From Mobula hypostoma (lineage: Eukaryota): DNA of 64,000 nucleotides. Below the pieces are notes generated by a model, which was not told the origin of the DNA, did no database searches, and saw only the letters and a program-made list of their open reading frames with translations. Position numbers and translations under genes: made by a program. The stretch spans positions 11,594,001 to 11,658,000 of the forward strand of contig NC_086100.1 in the NCBI RefSeq assembly GCF_963921235.1. Direction: 5' to 3'. Below, piece by piece: positions 37,660-48,000 of the stretch (positions within the stretch are counted from its first letter, which is position 1; the number at the start of each line of letters is the position of its first letter).

Positions 37660-38170
37660 GTGTTCAGTTCTGGTAACCTCACTACAGGAAGAATGTGTAT
37701 ACTATAGAGAGAATTCAGTAGAGTTCACAGCGATGTTCCCTGGATTGGACAGCATCCCTCATGATAGTAGGTTCAGTAAACATGGCCTTTTACATTGGAG
37801 TGGTGGAGGATGACAGGTGACCTGATAGAGGTTTATAAGATGATGAGGGGCATTGATCGTGTGGATAGTCAGAGGCTTCCCGCCCCCCCCCAGGGCTGAA
37901 ATGGCGAACACAAGGGGAATGTTAGAGGTAAGTTTTTAACACAGACAGTGGTGGGTGCGTGGAATGCTCTGCCAGCGATTGTGACAAAGGCGGATACAGT
38001 ACGATCTTCTAAGGGACTCAGAGCTAGCATGCAGCTGGAGCTTTGAAAAATAGAAGCCTATGCGTGGTGTAATCTCTGGGCTGTTTCTGGAGTAGGTTAC
38101 GTGTTTGGAACAACACTGTGGATCGAAGGGCCCCTAATGTGCTGTGGATCTCCCTGTTCTATGTTCTAAT
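37660..38170 (+). mobile_element. CR1 3' fragment
   Basis: GDLIEVYK-type RT end and a TTCTATG tail. Confidence 0.75.
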
Positions 38171-40062
38171 ACGATAGAGAAACATAGAAACACAGAAATC
38201 CTACAGCACAATACAGGCCTTTCGGGCCACAAAGCTGTGCCGAATATGTCCTTACCTGAGAAATTACCTAGGGCTCCCCATAGCCCTTTATTATTCTAAG
38301 CTCCATATACCTGTCCAGGAGTTTCATAAAAGCCTCTATCGTATCCGCTTCCACCACTGTCGCCGGCAGCCCGTTCCAGGCACTCACCACTGTCCCTGAG
38401 ATCTTCTCTGTATCTATTTCCAAGCATCTTAAACTATGCTCTCTCGTGCTAGCCATTTCAGCCTTGGGAAAAAAACCTCTGACGTTCGACAGGATCGATG
38501 CGTCTCATCATCTTCTACACCTTCACTAGGTCGCATCTGATCCACAGTCGCTGCAAGGAAAAATGGCCGAGTTCACTCAACCTAATCTCATAAAGCATAC
38601 ACCCCAATACAGGCAACATCATGATAAATATCCTCTGCACCTTTTCTATGGTGTCCATATCCTTCCGGTAGTGAAGCTACCAGAACTGAGCACAGTGGTC
38701 CAAGTGGGATCTGACCAGGGTCCTATAGCTGCAACATTACCTCTGGGCTCCTAAATTCAATACCACGGTGTTGCATCCTATCGGAGTCCCACTGTAACCT
38801 CTGACAGCCGTCCATACTATCCACAACACCTTTAACCTTTGTGTCCATCAGAAAATTTACTAACCTATCCTCCTATTTCCTCATCCAGTTCATTTATAAA
38901 AATGAGAAAGAGGAGGGGTCCCAGAACAGATCCCTGAGGCACACCACTGGTGACCGACATCCACGCAGAATATGACCCGTCTCCAAACACTCTTTGCTTT
39001 CCCTGAGCAAGCCAGTTCTGGATCCACAAAGAAATTTCCTCGTGGATCCCATGCCTCCTTCCTTTCGCAAAAAGCCTTGAATGGTGTACCTTATCACATG
39101 CCTTGCTGAAATCCATATAAACTATATCTACTGCTCTACCATCATCAATGTGATCAGTTACACCCTCAATCAGGCTCGTAAGGCACGACTTTTCTTCCGC
39201 AAAGCCATGCTGACCATTCCTAATCATATTATGCCTCTCCAAATTATAATAAATCTTGCCTCTCAGGATCTTCTCCATCAGCTTACCAACCACTGAAGTA
39301 AGACTCACTTGTCTATAACTTTCTGGGCTATCTCTGCTCCCTTTCTTGAATAATGGAATACACCCGCAACCCTCCAATCCTCTGGAACCTCTCTCGTCCC
39401 CATTAATGATGCAAAGATCATCGCCAGACGCTCAGCAATCTCGTCCCTCGCTTCCCACATTGGTCTGGGGTACATTTCCTCCAGTCTCGGTGATTTATCC
39501 AACTTTATGGCTTCCAAAAGCTCCTGTACATCCTCTTTCTTAATCTTCACATTCTCAAGCTTTTCAGTCTGCTGTAAGTCATCCGTACAATCGCCAACAT
39601 TGGTTTCCATCGTGAATACTGAAGCAAAGTACTCATTTAACTACCGTTGTTATCTCCACGGGTTTCATACACACTTTTCCACTTTCAACCTTGATTGGTC
39701 CAATTCTTTCACACCTTATCCTCTTACTGTCAGCATACTTGTAGAATGCCTTGGGATTTTCCTTAATCCTGTCCGCCAAGGCCTTCTTATGGCCCCTTCT
39801 GGCTCTCCTAATTTTTTATTCAGCTCCTTCCTGCTAGCCTTATAATCTTCTACATTTCTATCATTACATAGCTTTTTGAACCTTTCTTAAGCTCTTATAT
39901 TCTTCTTGACTAGATTTACAACAGCCTTTGTACACGACGGTTCCTTTACACTATCATCCTTTACATAGAAACATAGAAACATAGAAAATAGGTGCAGGAG
40001 TAGGCCATTCGGCCCTTCGAGCCTGCACCGCCATTTATTATGATCATGGCTGATCATCCAAC

Positions 40063-43062
40063 TCAGAACCCAGCCTTCCCTCCATACCCCGTGACCCCTG
40101 TAGCCACAAGGGCCATATCTAACTTCCTTTTAAACATAGCTAATGAACTGGCCTCAACAGTTTGCTGTGGCAGAGAATTCCACAGATTCACCACTCTCTG
40201 TGTGAAGAAGTTTTTCCTAACCTCGGTCCTAAAAGGCTTCCCCTCTATCCTCAAACTGTGACCCCTCGTTCTAGACCTCCCCAACATCGGGAACAATCTT
40301 CCCGCATCTAGCCTGTCCAATCCCTTTAGGATCTTATACGTTTCAATCAGATCCCCCCTCAATCTTCTAAATTCCAACGAGTACAAGCCCAGTTCATCCA
40401 GTCTTTCTTCATATGAAAGACCTGCCATCCCAGGAATCAATCTGGTGAACCTTCTTTGTACTCCCTCTATGGCAAGGATGTCTTTCCTCAGATTAGGGGA
40501 CCAAAACTGCACACAATACTCCAGGTGTGGTCTCACCAAGGCCTTGTACAACTGCAGTAGTACCTCCCTGCTCCTGTACTCGAATCCTCTCGCTATAAAT
40601 GCCAGCATACCGTTCGCCTTTTTCACCGCCTGCTGTACCTGCATGCCCACTTTCAATGACTGGTGTATAATGACACCCAGGTCTCGTTGCACCTCCCCTT
40701 TTCCTAATCGGCCACCATTCAGATAATAATCTGTTTTCCTATTTTTGCCACCAAAGTGGATAACTTCACATTTATCCACATTAAATTGCATCTGCCATGA
40801 GTTTGCCCACTCACCCAACCTATCCAAGTCACCCTGCATCCTCTTAGCATCCTCCTCACTGCTAACACTGCCACCCAGCTTCGTGTCATCCGCAAACTTG
40901 GAGATGCTGCATTTAATTCCCTCATCCAAGTCATTAATATATATTGTAAACAACTGGGGTCCCAGCACTGAGCCTTGCGGTACCCCACTAGTCACCGCCT
41001 GCCATTCTGAAAAGGTCCCGTTTATTCCCACTCTTTGCTTCCTGTCTGCTAACCAATTCTCCACCCACACCAATACCTTACCCCCAATACCATGTGCTTT
41101 AAGTTTGCACACTAATCTCCTGTGTGGGACCTTGTCAAAAGCCTTTTGAAAATCCAAATATACCACATCCACTGGTTCTCCCCTATCCACTCTACTAGTT
41201 ACATCCTCAAAAAATTCTATGAGATTCGTCAGACATGATTTTCCTTTCACAAATCCATGCTGACTTTGTCCGATCATTTCACCGCTTTCCAAATGTGCTG
41301 TTATCACATCCTTGATAACTGACTCCAGCAGTTTCCCCACCACCGACGTTAGGCTAACCGGCCTATAATTCCCCGGTTTCTCTCTCCCTCCTTTTTTAAA
41401 AAGTGGGGTTACATTAGCCACCCTCCAATCCTCAGGAACTAGTCCAGAATCTAACGAGTTTTGAAAAATTATCACTAATGCATCCACTATTTCTTGGGCC
41501 ACTTCCTTAAGCACTCTGGGATGCAGACCATCTGGCCCTGGGGATTTATCTGCCTTCAATCCCTTCAATTTACCTAACACCACTTCCCTACTAACATGTA
41601 TTTCGCTCAGTTCCTCCATCTCACTGGACCCTCTGTCCCTTACTATTTCTGGAAGATTATTTATGTCCTCCTTAGTGAAGACAGAACCAAAGTAATTATT
41701 CAATTGGTCTGCCATGTCCTTGCTCCCCATAATCAATTCACCCGTTTCTGTTTGCAGGGGACCTACATTTGTCTTTATCAGTCTTTTCCTTTTTACATAT
41801 CTATGAAAGCTTTTACAGTCCGTTTTTATGTTCTCTGCCAGTTTTCTCTCATAATCTTTTTTCCCCTTCCTAATTAAGCCCTTTGTCCTCCTCTGCTGAA
41901 CTCTGAATTTCTCCCAGTCCTCAGGTGAGCCACTTTCTCTGGCTAATTTGTATGCTACTTCTTTGGAATTGATACTATCCCTAATTTCTCTTGTCAGCCA
42001 CGGGTGCACTACCTTCCTTGATTTATTCTTTTGCCAAACTGGGATGAACAATTGTTGTAGTTCATCCATGCAACCTTTAAATGCCTGCCATTGCATATCC
42101 ACCGTCAATCCTTGAAGTGTCATTTGCCAGTCTATCTTAGCTAATTCACGTCTCATACCTTCAAAGTTACCCCTCTTTAAGTTCAGAACCTTTGTTTCTG
42201 AATTAACTACGTCACTCTCCATGTTAATGAAGAATTCCACCATATTATGGTCACTCTTACCCAAGGGGCCTCTCACGACAAGATCGCTAATTAACCCTTC
42301 CTCATTGCTCAAAACCCAGTCCAGAATAGCCTGCTCTCTAGTCGGTTCCTCGACATGTTGGTTCAAAAAACCATCCCGCATACATTCCAAGAAATCCTCT
42401 TCCTCAGCACCTTTACCAATTTGGTTCATCCAGTCTACATGTAGATTGAAGTCACACATTATAACTGCTGTTCCTTTATTGCACACATTTCTAATTTCCT
42501 GTTTAATACCATCTCCGACCTCACTACTACTGTTAGGTGGCCTGTACACAACTCCCACCAGCGTCTTCTGCCCCTTAGTGTTACGCAGCTCTACCCATAT
42601 CGATTCCACATCTTCCCGGCTTATGTCCTTCCTTTCTATTGCGTTAATCTCTTTTTTAACCAGCAACGCCACCCCACCTCCCCTTCCTTCGTGTCTATCC
42701 CTCCTGAATATTGAATATCCCTGAACGTTGAGCTCCCATCCCTGGTCACCCTGGAGCCATGTCTCTGTGATCCCAACTATATCATAATCATTAATAACAA
42801 TCTGCACTTTCAATTCATCCACCTTATTACGAATGCTCCTTGCATTGACACATAAAGCCTTCAGGCGCTCTTTTACAACTCTCTTAGCCCTTTTTAATGC
42901 TTGCCCTGGATTTGTCGGCCTGCCACTTTTACTTTTCCCCTTTGTACTTTTTGCTTCTACGCTCACTTTACACCCCTCTGTCTCTCTGCACTGGTTCCCA
43001 TCCCTCTGTTGTGAACTAACCTCCTCACACCTAGCCGCTTTAATTTGATTCCCACCCCCCAA
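40063..43062 (-). CDS. CR1 ORF2: APE endonuclease plus reverse transcriptase
   Basis: NARS, ITETW, YRPP, SDH endonuclease motifs; [31 protein letters not shown] motifs; 999 codons with no stop; frame also open upstream through 43077. Confidence 0.95.
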   Translation of the reverse strand: MGGGNQIKAARCEEVSSQQRDGNQCRETEGCKVSVEAKSTKGKSKSGRPTNPGQALKRAKRVVKERLKALCVNARSIRNKVDELKVQIVINDYDIVGITETWLQGDQGWELNVQGYSIFRRDRHEGRGGGVALLVKKEINAIERKDISREDVESIWVELRNTKGQKTLVGVVYRPPNSSSEVGDGIKQEIRNVCNKGTAVIMCDFNLHVDWMNQIGKGAEEEDFLECMRDGFLNQHVEEPTREQAILDWVLSNEEGLISDLVVRGPLGKSDHNMVEFFINMESDVVNSETKVLNLKRGNFEGMRRELAKIDWQMTLQGLTVDMQWQAFKGCMDELQQLFIPVWQKNKSRKVVHPWLTREIRDSINSKEVAYKLARESGSPEDWEKFRVQQRRTKGLIRKGKKDYERKLAENIKTDCKSFHRYVKRKRLIKTNVGPLQTETGELIMGSKDMADQLNNYFGSVFTKEDINNLPEIVRDRGSSEMEELSEIHVSREVVLGKLKGLKADKSPGPDGLHPRVLKEVAQEIVDALVIIFQNSLDSGLVPEDWRVANVTPLFKKGGREKPGNYRPVSLTSVVGKLLESVIKDVITAHLESGEMIGQSQHGFVKGKSCLTNLIEFFEDVTSRVDRGEPVDVVYLDFQKAFDKVPHRRLVCKLKAHGIGGKVLVWVENWLADRKQRVGINGTFSEWQAVTSGVPQGSVLGPQLFTIYINDLDEGIKCSISKFADDTKLGGSVSSEEDAKRMQGDLDRLGEWANSWQMQFNVDKCEVIHFGGKNRKTDYYLNGGRLGKGEVQRDLGVIIHQSLKVGMQVQQAVKKANGMLAFIARGFEYRSREVLLQLYKALVRPHLEYCVQFWSPNLRKDILAIEGVQRRFTRLIPGMAGLSYEERLDELGLYSLEFRRLRGDLIETYKILKGLDRLDAGRLFPMLGRSRTRGHSLRIEGKPFRTEVRKNFFTQRVVNLWNSLPQQTVEASSLAMFKRKLDMALVATGVTGYGGKAGF

Positions 43063-43067
43063 CCATT

Positions 43068-44003
43068 CTAGTTTAAAGTCACCTCAGTAGCCCCCGCTAA
43101 TCTCCCTGCCAGGATATTGGTCCCCCTAGGATTTAAGTGTAACCCGTCCTTTTTGTACAGGTCACACCTACGCCAAAAGAGGTCCCAATGATCCAAAAAC
43201 TTGAATCCCTGCCCCCTGCTCCAATCCCTCAGCCACGCATTTATCCTCCACCTCATCGCATTCCTACTCTCACTGTCGCGTGGCACAGGCAGTAATCCCG
43301 AGATTACTACCTTTGCGGTCCTTTTTCTCAACTCCCTTCCTAGCTCCCTATATTCTTCTTTCAGGACCTCATCCCTTTTCCTACCTATGTCATTGGTACC
43401 TATATGTACCAGGACCTCTGGCTCTTCACCCTCCCACTTCAGGATATCTTGGACACGATCAGAAATATCCCGGACCCTGGCACCAGGGAGGCAAACTACC
43501 ATCCGAGTCTCTGGACTGCGTCCACAGAATCGCCTATCTGACCCCCTTACTATCGAGTCCCCTATCACAACTGCCCTCCTCTTCCTTGCCCTACCCTTCT
43601 GAGCTACAGGGCCAGACTCTGTGCCGGAGGCAGGGCCACTGTCGCTTCCCCCGGGTAAGCTGTCCCCCCCAACAGTACTCAAACAGGAGTACCTGTTGTT
43701 AAGGGGCACAGCCGCCGGGGTACTCCTCATCACCTGCCTTTTCCCCTTCCCCCTCCTAACCGTGACCCACTTGTCTGCCTCCCGTGGCCCCGGCGTGACC
43801 ACCTGCCTTCCACTCCTCTCTATCACCTCCTCGCTCTCCCTGACCAGACGAAGGTCATCGAGCTGCAGCTCCAGTTCCGTAACGCGGTCCCTTAGGAGCT
43901 GCATCTCGATGCACTTGGCGCAGATGTAGACGTCCGGGAGGCTTGGAGACTCCAGGGCCTCCCACATCCGACACCGAGAACAGCAAACTGCCCTCACAGT
44001 CAT
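43068..44003 (-). CDS. CR1 ORF1: zinc finger/leucine zipper plus SGNH esterase
   Basis: ATG at 44003; CSRC..CAKC, LRDRVTELELQLDDL, GDS, GTND, DGLH; 311 aa. Confidence 0.93.
   Translation of the reverse strand: MTVRAVCCSRCRMWEALESPSLPDVYICAKCIEMQLLRDRVTELELQLDDLRLVRESEEVIERSGRQVVTPGPREADKWVTVRRGKGKRQVMRSTPAAVPLNNRYSCLSTVGGDSLPGGSDSGPASGTESGPVAQKGRARKRRAVVIGDSIVRGSDRRFCGRSPETRMVVCLPGARVRDISDRVQDILKWEGEEPEVLVHIGTNDIGRKRDEVLKEEYRELGRELRKRTAKVVISGLLPVPRDSESRNAMRWRINAWLRDWSRGQGFKFLDHWDLFWRRCDLYKKDGLHLNPRGTNILAGRLAGATEVTLN
43071..43077 (-). promoter_or_regulatory. Candidate -1 ribosomal frameshift slippery site U_UUA_AAC
   Basis: ORF1 ends ACT TTA AAC TAG; the -1 frame TTT AAA CTA GAA TGG TTG is ORF2. 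Confidence 0.7.
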
Positions 44004-46469
44004 AATGCCCCTCTCCTCAAATAGCAACAGAAAATGAATGTTACCTGTCTCACTGGAACGTATCTTCGCAGAACTGCACGCAAATATCCCCTGAACATTT
44101 GTCACATTTCTTCCGTAAGTTTTCCTGAGAACAGGTTTTTCCCATTTATGCTTCCGAGTTCCTGCCTGATAGCCTCATATTTCCACTTACTCCCCAAAGC
44201 TATGATAAACGAATAAAATTCTGATCGCCATATTCAAATTGCTGTCCCACTGTGAGATCCCACAGCAGACCAATACCAGATCAGGAACAGCTTCTCCTCT
44301 TGTAGACTAATCTACATACTATGTGAAGAAACCTTCTGGAACACACCAAACAGGCTTCAACGCATCTAAACCCCTCGCTCTCGGAAATGACAATCAATAT
44401 TTGGGAAATTTAACTCTCCTACCTCGACAACCCTGTCATTATTACATCTTTCCAGAATCTGTCTCCCTATCTGCTGCTCAATGTCTTCCCCTTTTCTGCA
44501 ACCGTGAATCTATCTCTGATTAACAGTGCCACACTCCCACCTCTTTTGCCTCCTTCCATGTTCTTTCTGAAACATCTAAAGCCTGGCACCCGAAGTTACC
44601 ATTCCTGCCTCTGAGGCAACCAAGTCTCTGTAATAGCCAGAACATTATACCTCCGAGTCCTGATCCACGCTGTAATCTCATCTGCTTTGTTCATAATACT
44701 CCTTCCCTTAAAATAGACATGTCTCAAACCATCGGTGTGAGCGCGACCCTTCTCTATCACCTGCCTATCCTCCCTCTTGGACTGTCTCTAAGCTTTCTCT
44801 ATTTGTGTGCTAACCGCCTCTTCCTCCGTCTGTTCTGTTTGTTTCCCACCCCGCAGCAATCCTTGTTTAAATTCTTCCCCGTAGCCTTAGCAAACCTCCC
44901 CGCCAGGATATTTATCACCCTGGGATTCAAGTGCAACCCGTCCTTTTTGAACAGGTCACTCCTGCCCCCAAATAGGTCGCAATGATCCAGAAAACTGAAA
45001 ACGCTGCCCCCTGCTCCAGTCCCTCAGCCACGCATTTATCCTATACTTCACTCTATTCCTATACTCACTGTCGGGTGGCACAAGTTTTAAACCAGAGATG
45101 ACTACTTCTGTGGTCCTGCTTCTCAACTTCCTTCCTAACTCCCTGTAGACCTCCTTCAGGACCTCTTCCCTTTTCCTGGCTATGTCGTTGGTACTAATAT
45201 GTACCACGGCCTCTGGCTGTTCTCCTTCCCACTTCAGTATATCTCGGACGCCATCAGAAACATTCCAGACCCTGGCACCAGTGAGGTAAACTACCATCCG
45301 TGCTTCCATCTGATGTCCACTGAAATGCCTCTCTGATCCGCTAACGATAGAGTTCCCCATTACTGCTGCCACCCTCTTCCTTTCCCTACACTTGTGAGTC
45401 ACAGGGCCAGACTCCGTGTCAGTTGCACAGCCACTGTTGCTTCCTCCGGGTAGGCCGCTGCCCCCAATAGTACTCAGGCAAGAGTACTTATTGTCAAAGG
45501 GTACAGCCAGTGTAGTTCTCTCTTGCCTATGATTACTGCCCTTCTGTTTCATGAATGTTATCCACTTGTCTCTCTTCTCAGGCCCCGTTGCGGCTACCTG
45601 ACTATAGCTCTTCTCCGTCACCTCCTCACTCTCTCTGACCAGACGAAGGTCATCGAGCCTGATCTCCAGTTCCCTAACATTGTCCCTAAGGAGCTGCAGC
45701 TCGACGCACCTGGCGCAGATGTTTCCGCCCGGGAGGCTGGGAGTCTCCTGGACCTCCCACATCTGACACCGATCACAGATCATCTGCCTCATACACATTC
45801 TTCCTGTCGGTATTCTACAGATTCAACCTACCTCGCCTCGTCCCGTTATCGCCGAAGCCCTGTTAAGCCAAAACCTTCCTACTCTGTCTCCCTCTACTCC
45901 GTCGCCCACTCCTCCAATACCAGGTCTATTGAATCTGTCTTCTTTTAAACTCTTCTCGCTGTTCTCACTAGCCTAATTGTGCTTGCGCAGTCGTGCCCCG
46001 ATAAAACAGCTGAAGAAATAAATCACATTATACGTATAAAATGTTTAGCCACAAAGGGGAGATTTTGCGAAAACAACTACTTGGCGAGAGTGGAGAAAGA
46101 GGGACGCTTTGTCTCACAACAGAGGGCATGAATTCTGGAGTTCCAAATCATGAATAGTTTGCCCGAAATAAATTAATCTGGAGAATTAAATATCCACAGC
46201 TCAAATTATTCGCATGGCACTCAGACCATATAAGAAAAGAAGTCTGTAAACCACGTTTAATTCTATGAGCCTGGGAAGTTGATTGCCAGTACAGGGTGCC
46301 GACTGTTGTATCTTGTTGACGGTCAGGATGGAGAAAGGCTATAGGCTGGTACTGCAGAACACGCTTATGGCCATTCCTTTCAACAACCGGTATACTGCTG
46401 TTGATTCTGAGGGTGTTCGGATGGTGCGGCACAGGAAAACCAGGTAGCTTCTGACACTGAGCCTTCGAT

Positions 46470-48000
46470 GTGAATGAGTTGAGCGATGTCGTGAAGTAGC
46501 GGCTGTAGCGATAGGTCATCGATGGGTTAAGGGAACAGAGAGGTGGTTTGTGGACAAGCAGATTTCCAGGTGGTATATTCCTTCCCAGATTCCAGGGTCA
46601 GGGATATATTCTGAACGAGTCCACAACATTCCGAAGTTCAAGGGTGACACGTCAGAGGTCGTGGTCAACATCGGCATCAATAATATGTGTAGGAAGCGTA
46701 CGAGGTACCGCAAACTGGGTTCAGGGAGATATAGTAATGGATGGGAGTCCCATGGTTCTTATGTAAGGGTTGCTACCCGTTGCACGCACAGGCAAGACTA
46801 GAAATAGGATGGCTGTACAGTTTAACACGTAGGGAAGAAGTTGGTGCAGGAGGGATGGTTTCATCAGGAGGGATGGTTTCATAATTTTGGATTGTTGGTC
46901 TCTTCCAGGGTAGATGGGACTTGAAGAAAACGGACGTGTTGCATTTTAATTTGTTGTGCCTAACATCCTTGCGAGAAGGTTGAATGGTGCTGCATAAGAT
47001 GGCTATAAATATAGTTGCAGAGTGATGTAAATCAGAACTCTAGTGCAGGTTGTAGAGTGGTTATACGTAACGATGGTGTTCAGCCTACATGTCAAGTGTG
47101 CAATGGAATTCTTTACCATGGTGAGGATAATGTTCTGCCTTGTATATATTTATTTGAAACGTGTATTGTAGGAAAGGTGGATGGATCTGCCCGTGGAACT
47201 ATGCATTGCGGCCATTTGTATAGTAGCTCAATGCTCCAGGTTTACATTGACTTAGACATGATTATAGGAGGAGGGATGGCATTACTAGTCATGCAAAATG
47301 TCAGGGAAGTGCCCAGATAGGACCTACTACAGAACCCGTTTACTGAAGCTATATGGGTGAAAATGAGGAATAAGGGGATGAGCACATTAATGCGATATTA
47401 TAGACCACCCAACACCCTAAGGGATTTAGCATAGAAATTTTGTAGAGAAATCACAGACTGTTGTAAGAAACATGAGGTTGTGATAGTTGGTGATTTCAGC
47501 TTTCCACATATTGAATGAGACACTCATACTGACAAAAAAAACTGACTGGGACAAACAGGATAATTTCCTTCATCAGCAAACAGTGGTCCCAGCTGCAATG
47601 AGTATGACTCTAGATCTTCTAATAGGGAATGAGAGTGGATATGTGACCGATGTCTGTGCAGGTAAACACTGTATCTAGTTTCAAAATAATTATGTAGTAA
47701 GATAAGTCTGGTCCGTGGTTTGAGATTCTAATTTGGAGAAAGCTCTGTGTTAATGAGATTGAAACGATCTGGCAAGTGTGGATTATGAGAGGTGTTTTTT
47801 TTCCCGACAAAAGCGTTCTCAGTAAGTGGGAGGCCTTCAAAAGTGAAACTTTGAGCGTACAGTGTGTGCATGTTCCAATCAGAATAGAAGGTTCATTTAA
47901 CTTTGGTCCTGGTGAGATATTGAGGCCAGGTTAAGAAACGAAGATGGCGCAGAGCTGGTATAGGCCTAAAAGCAAATTGGGAAAGAAAGTAAGAAAATAA
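46470..48000 (+). mobile_element. Highly degenerate CR1 (esterase and endonuclease)
   Basis: VVVNIGINN, YRPPN and GDF remnants. Confidence 0.7.

Larger units (their letters stand above)
39965..44040 (-). mobile_element. CR1 LINE with both ORFs intact; 5' UTR largely missing
   Basis: Uninterrupted ORF1 and ORF2, (TTTCTATG)n tail, TTAC duplicated at 39961-39964 and 44041-44044. Confidence 0.96.
38175..45960 (-). mobile_element. Older near-full-length CR1, split by the younger CR1 at 39965-44040
   Basis: ORF1 44956-45798 (CDRC..CARC, esterase remnants), RT fragments 38865-39610, tail near 38180. Confidence 0.88.

Noticed and set aside
40445-43929. Plus-strand ORFs opposite the intact CR1
   Set aside because: Antisense shadows of a long coding sequence with no recognisable motifs.
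44004-44105. Extended ORF1 start in the ORF track
   Set aside because: It crosses the insertion boundary at 44040 into the host CR1; the ATG at 44003 fits the zinc-finger start.
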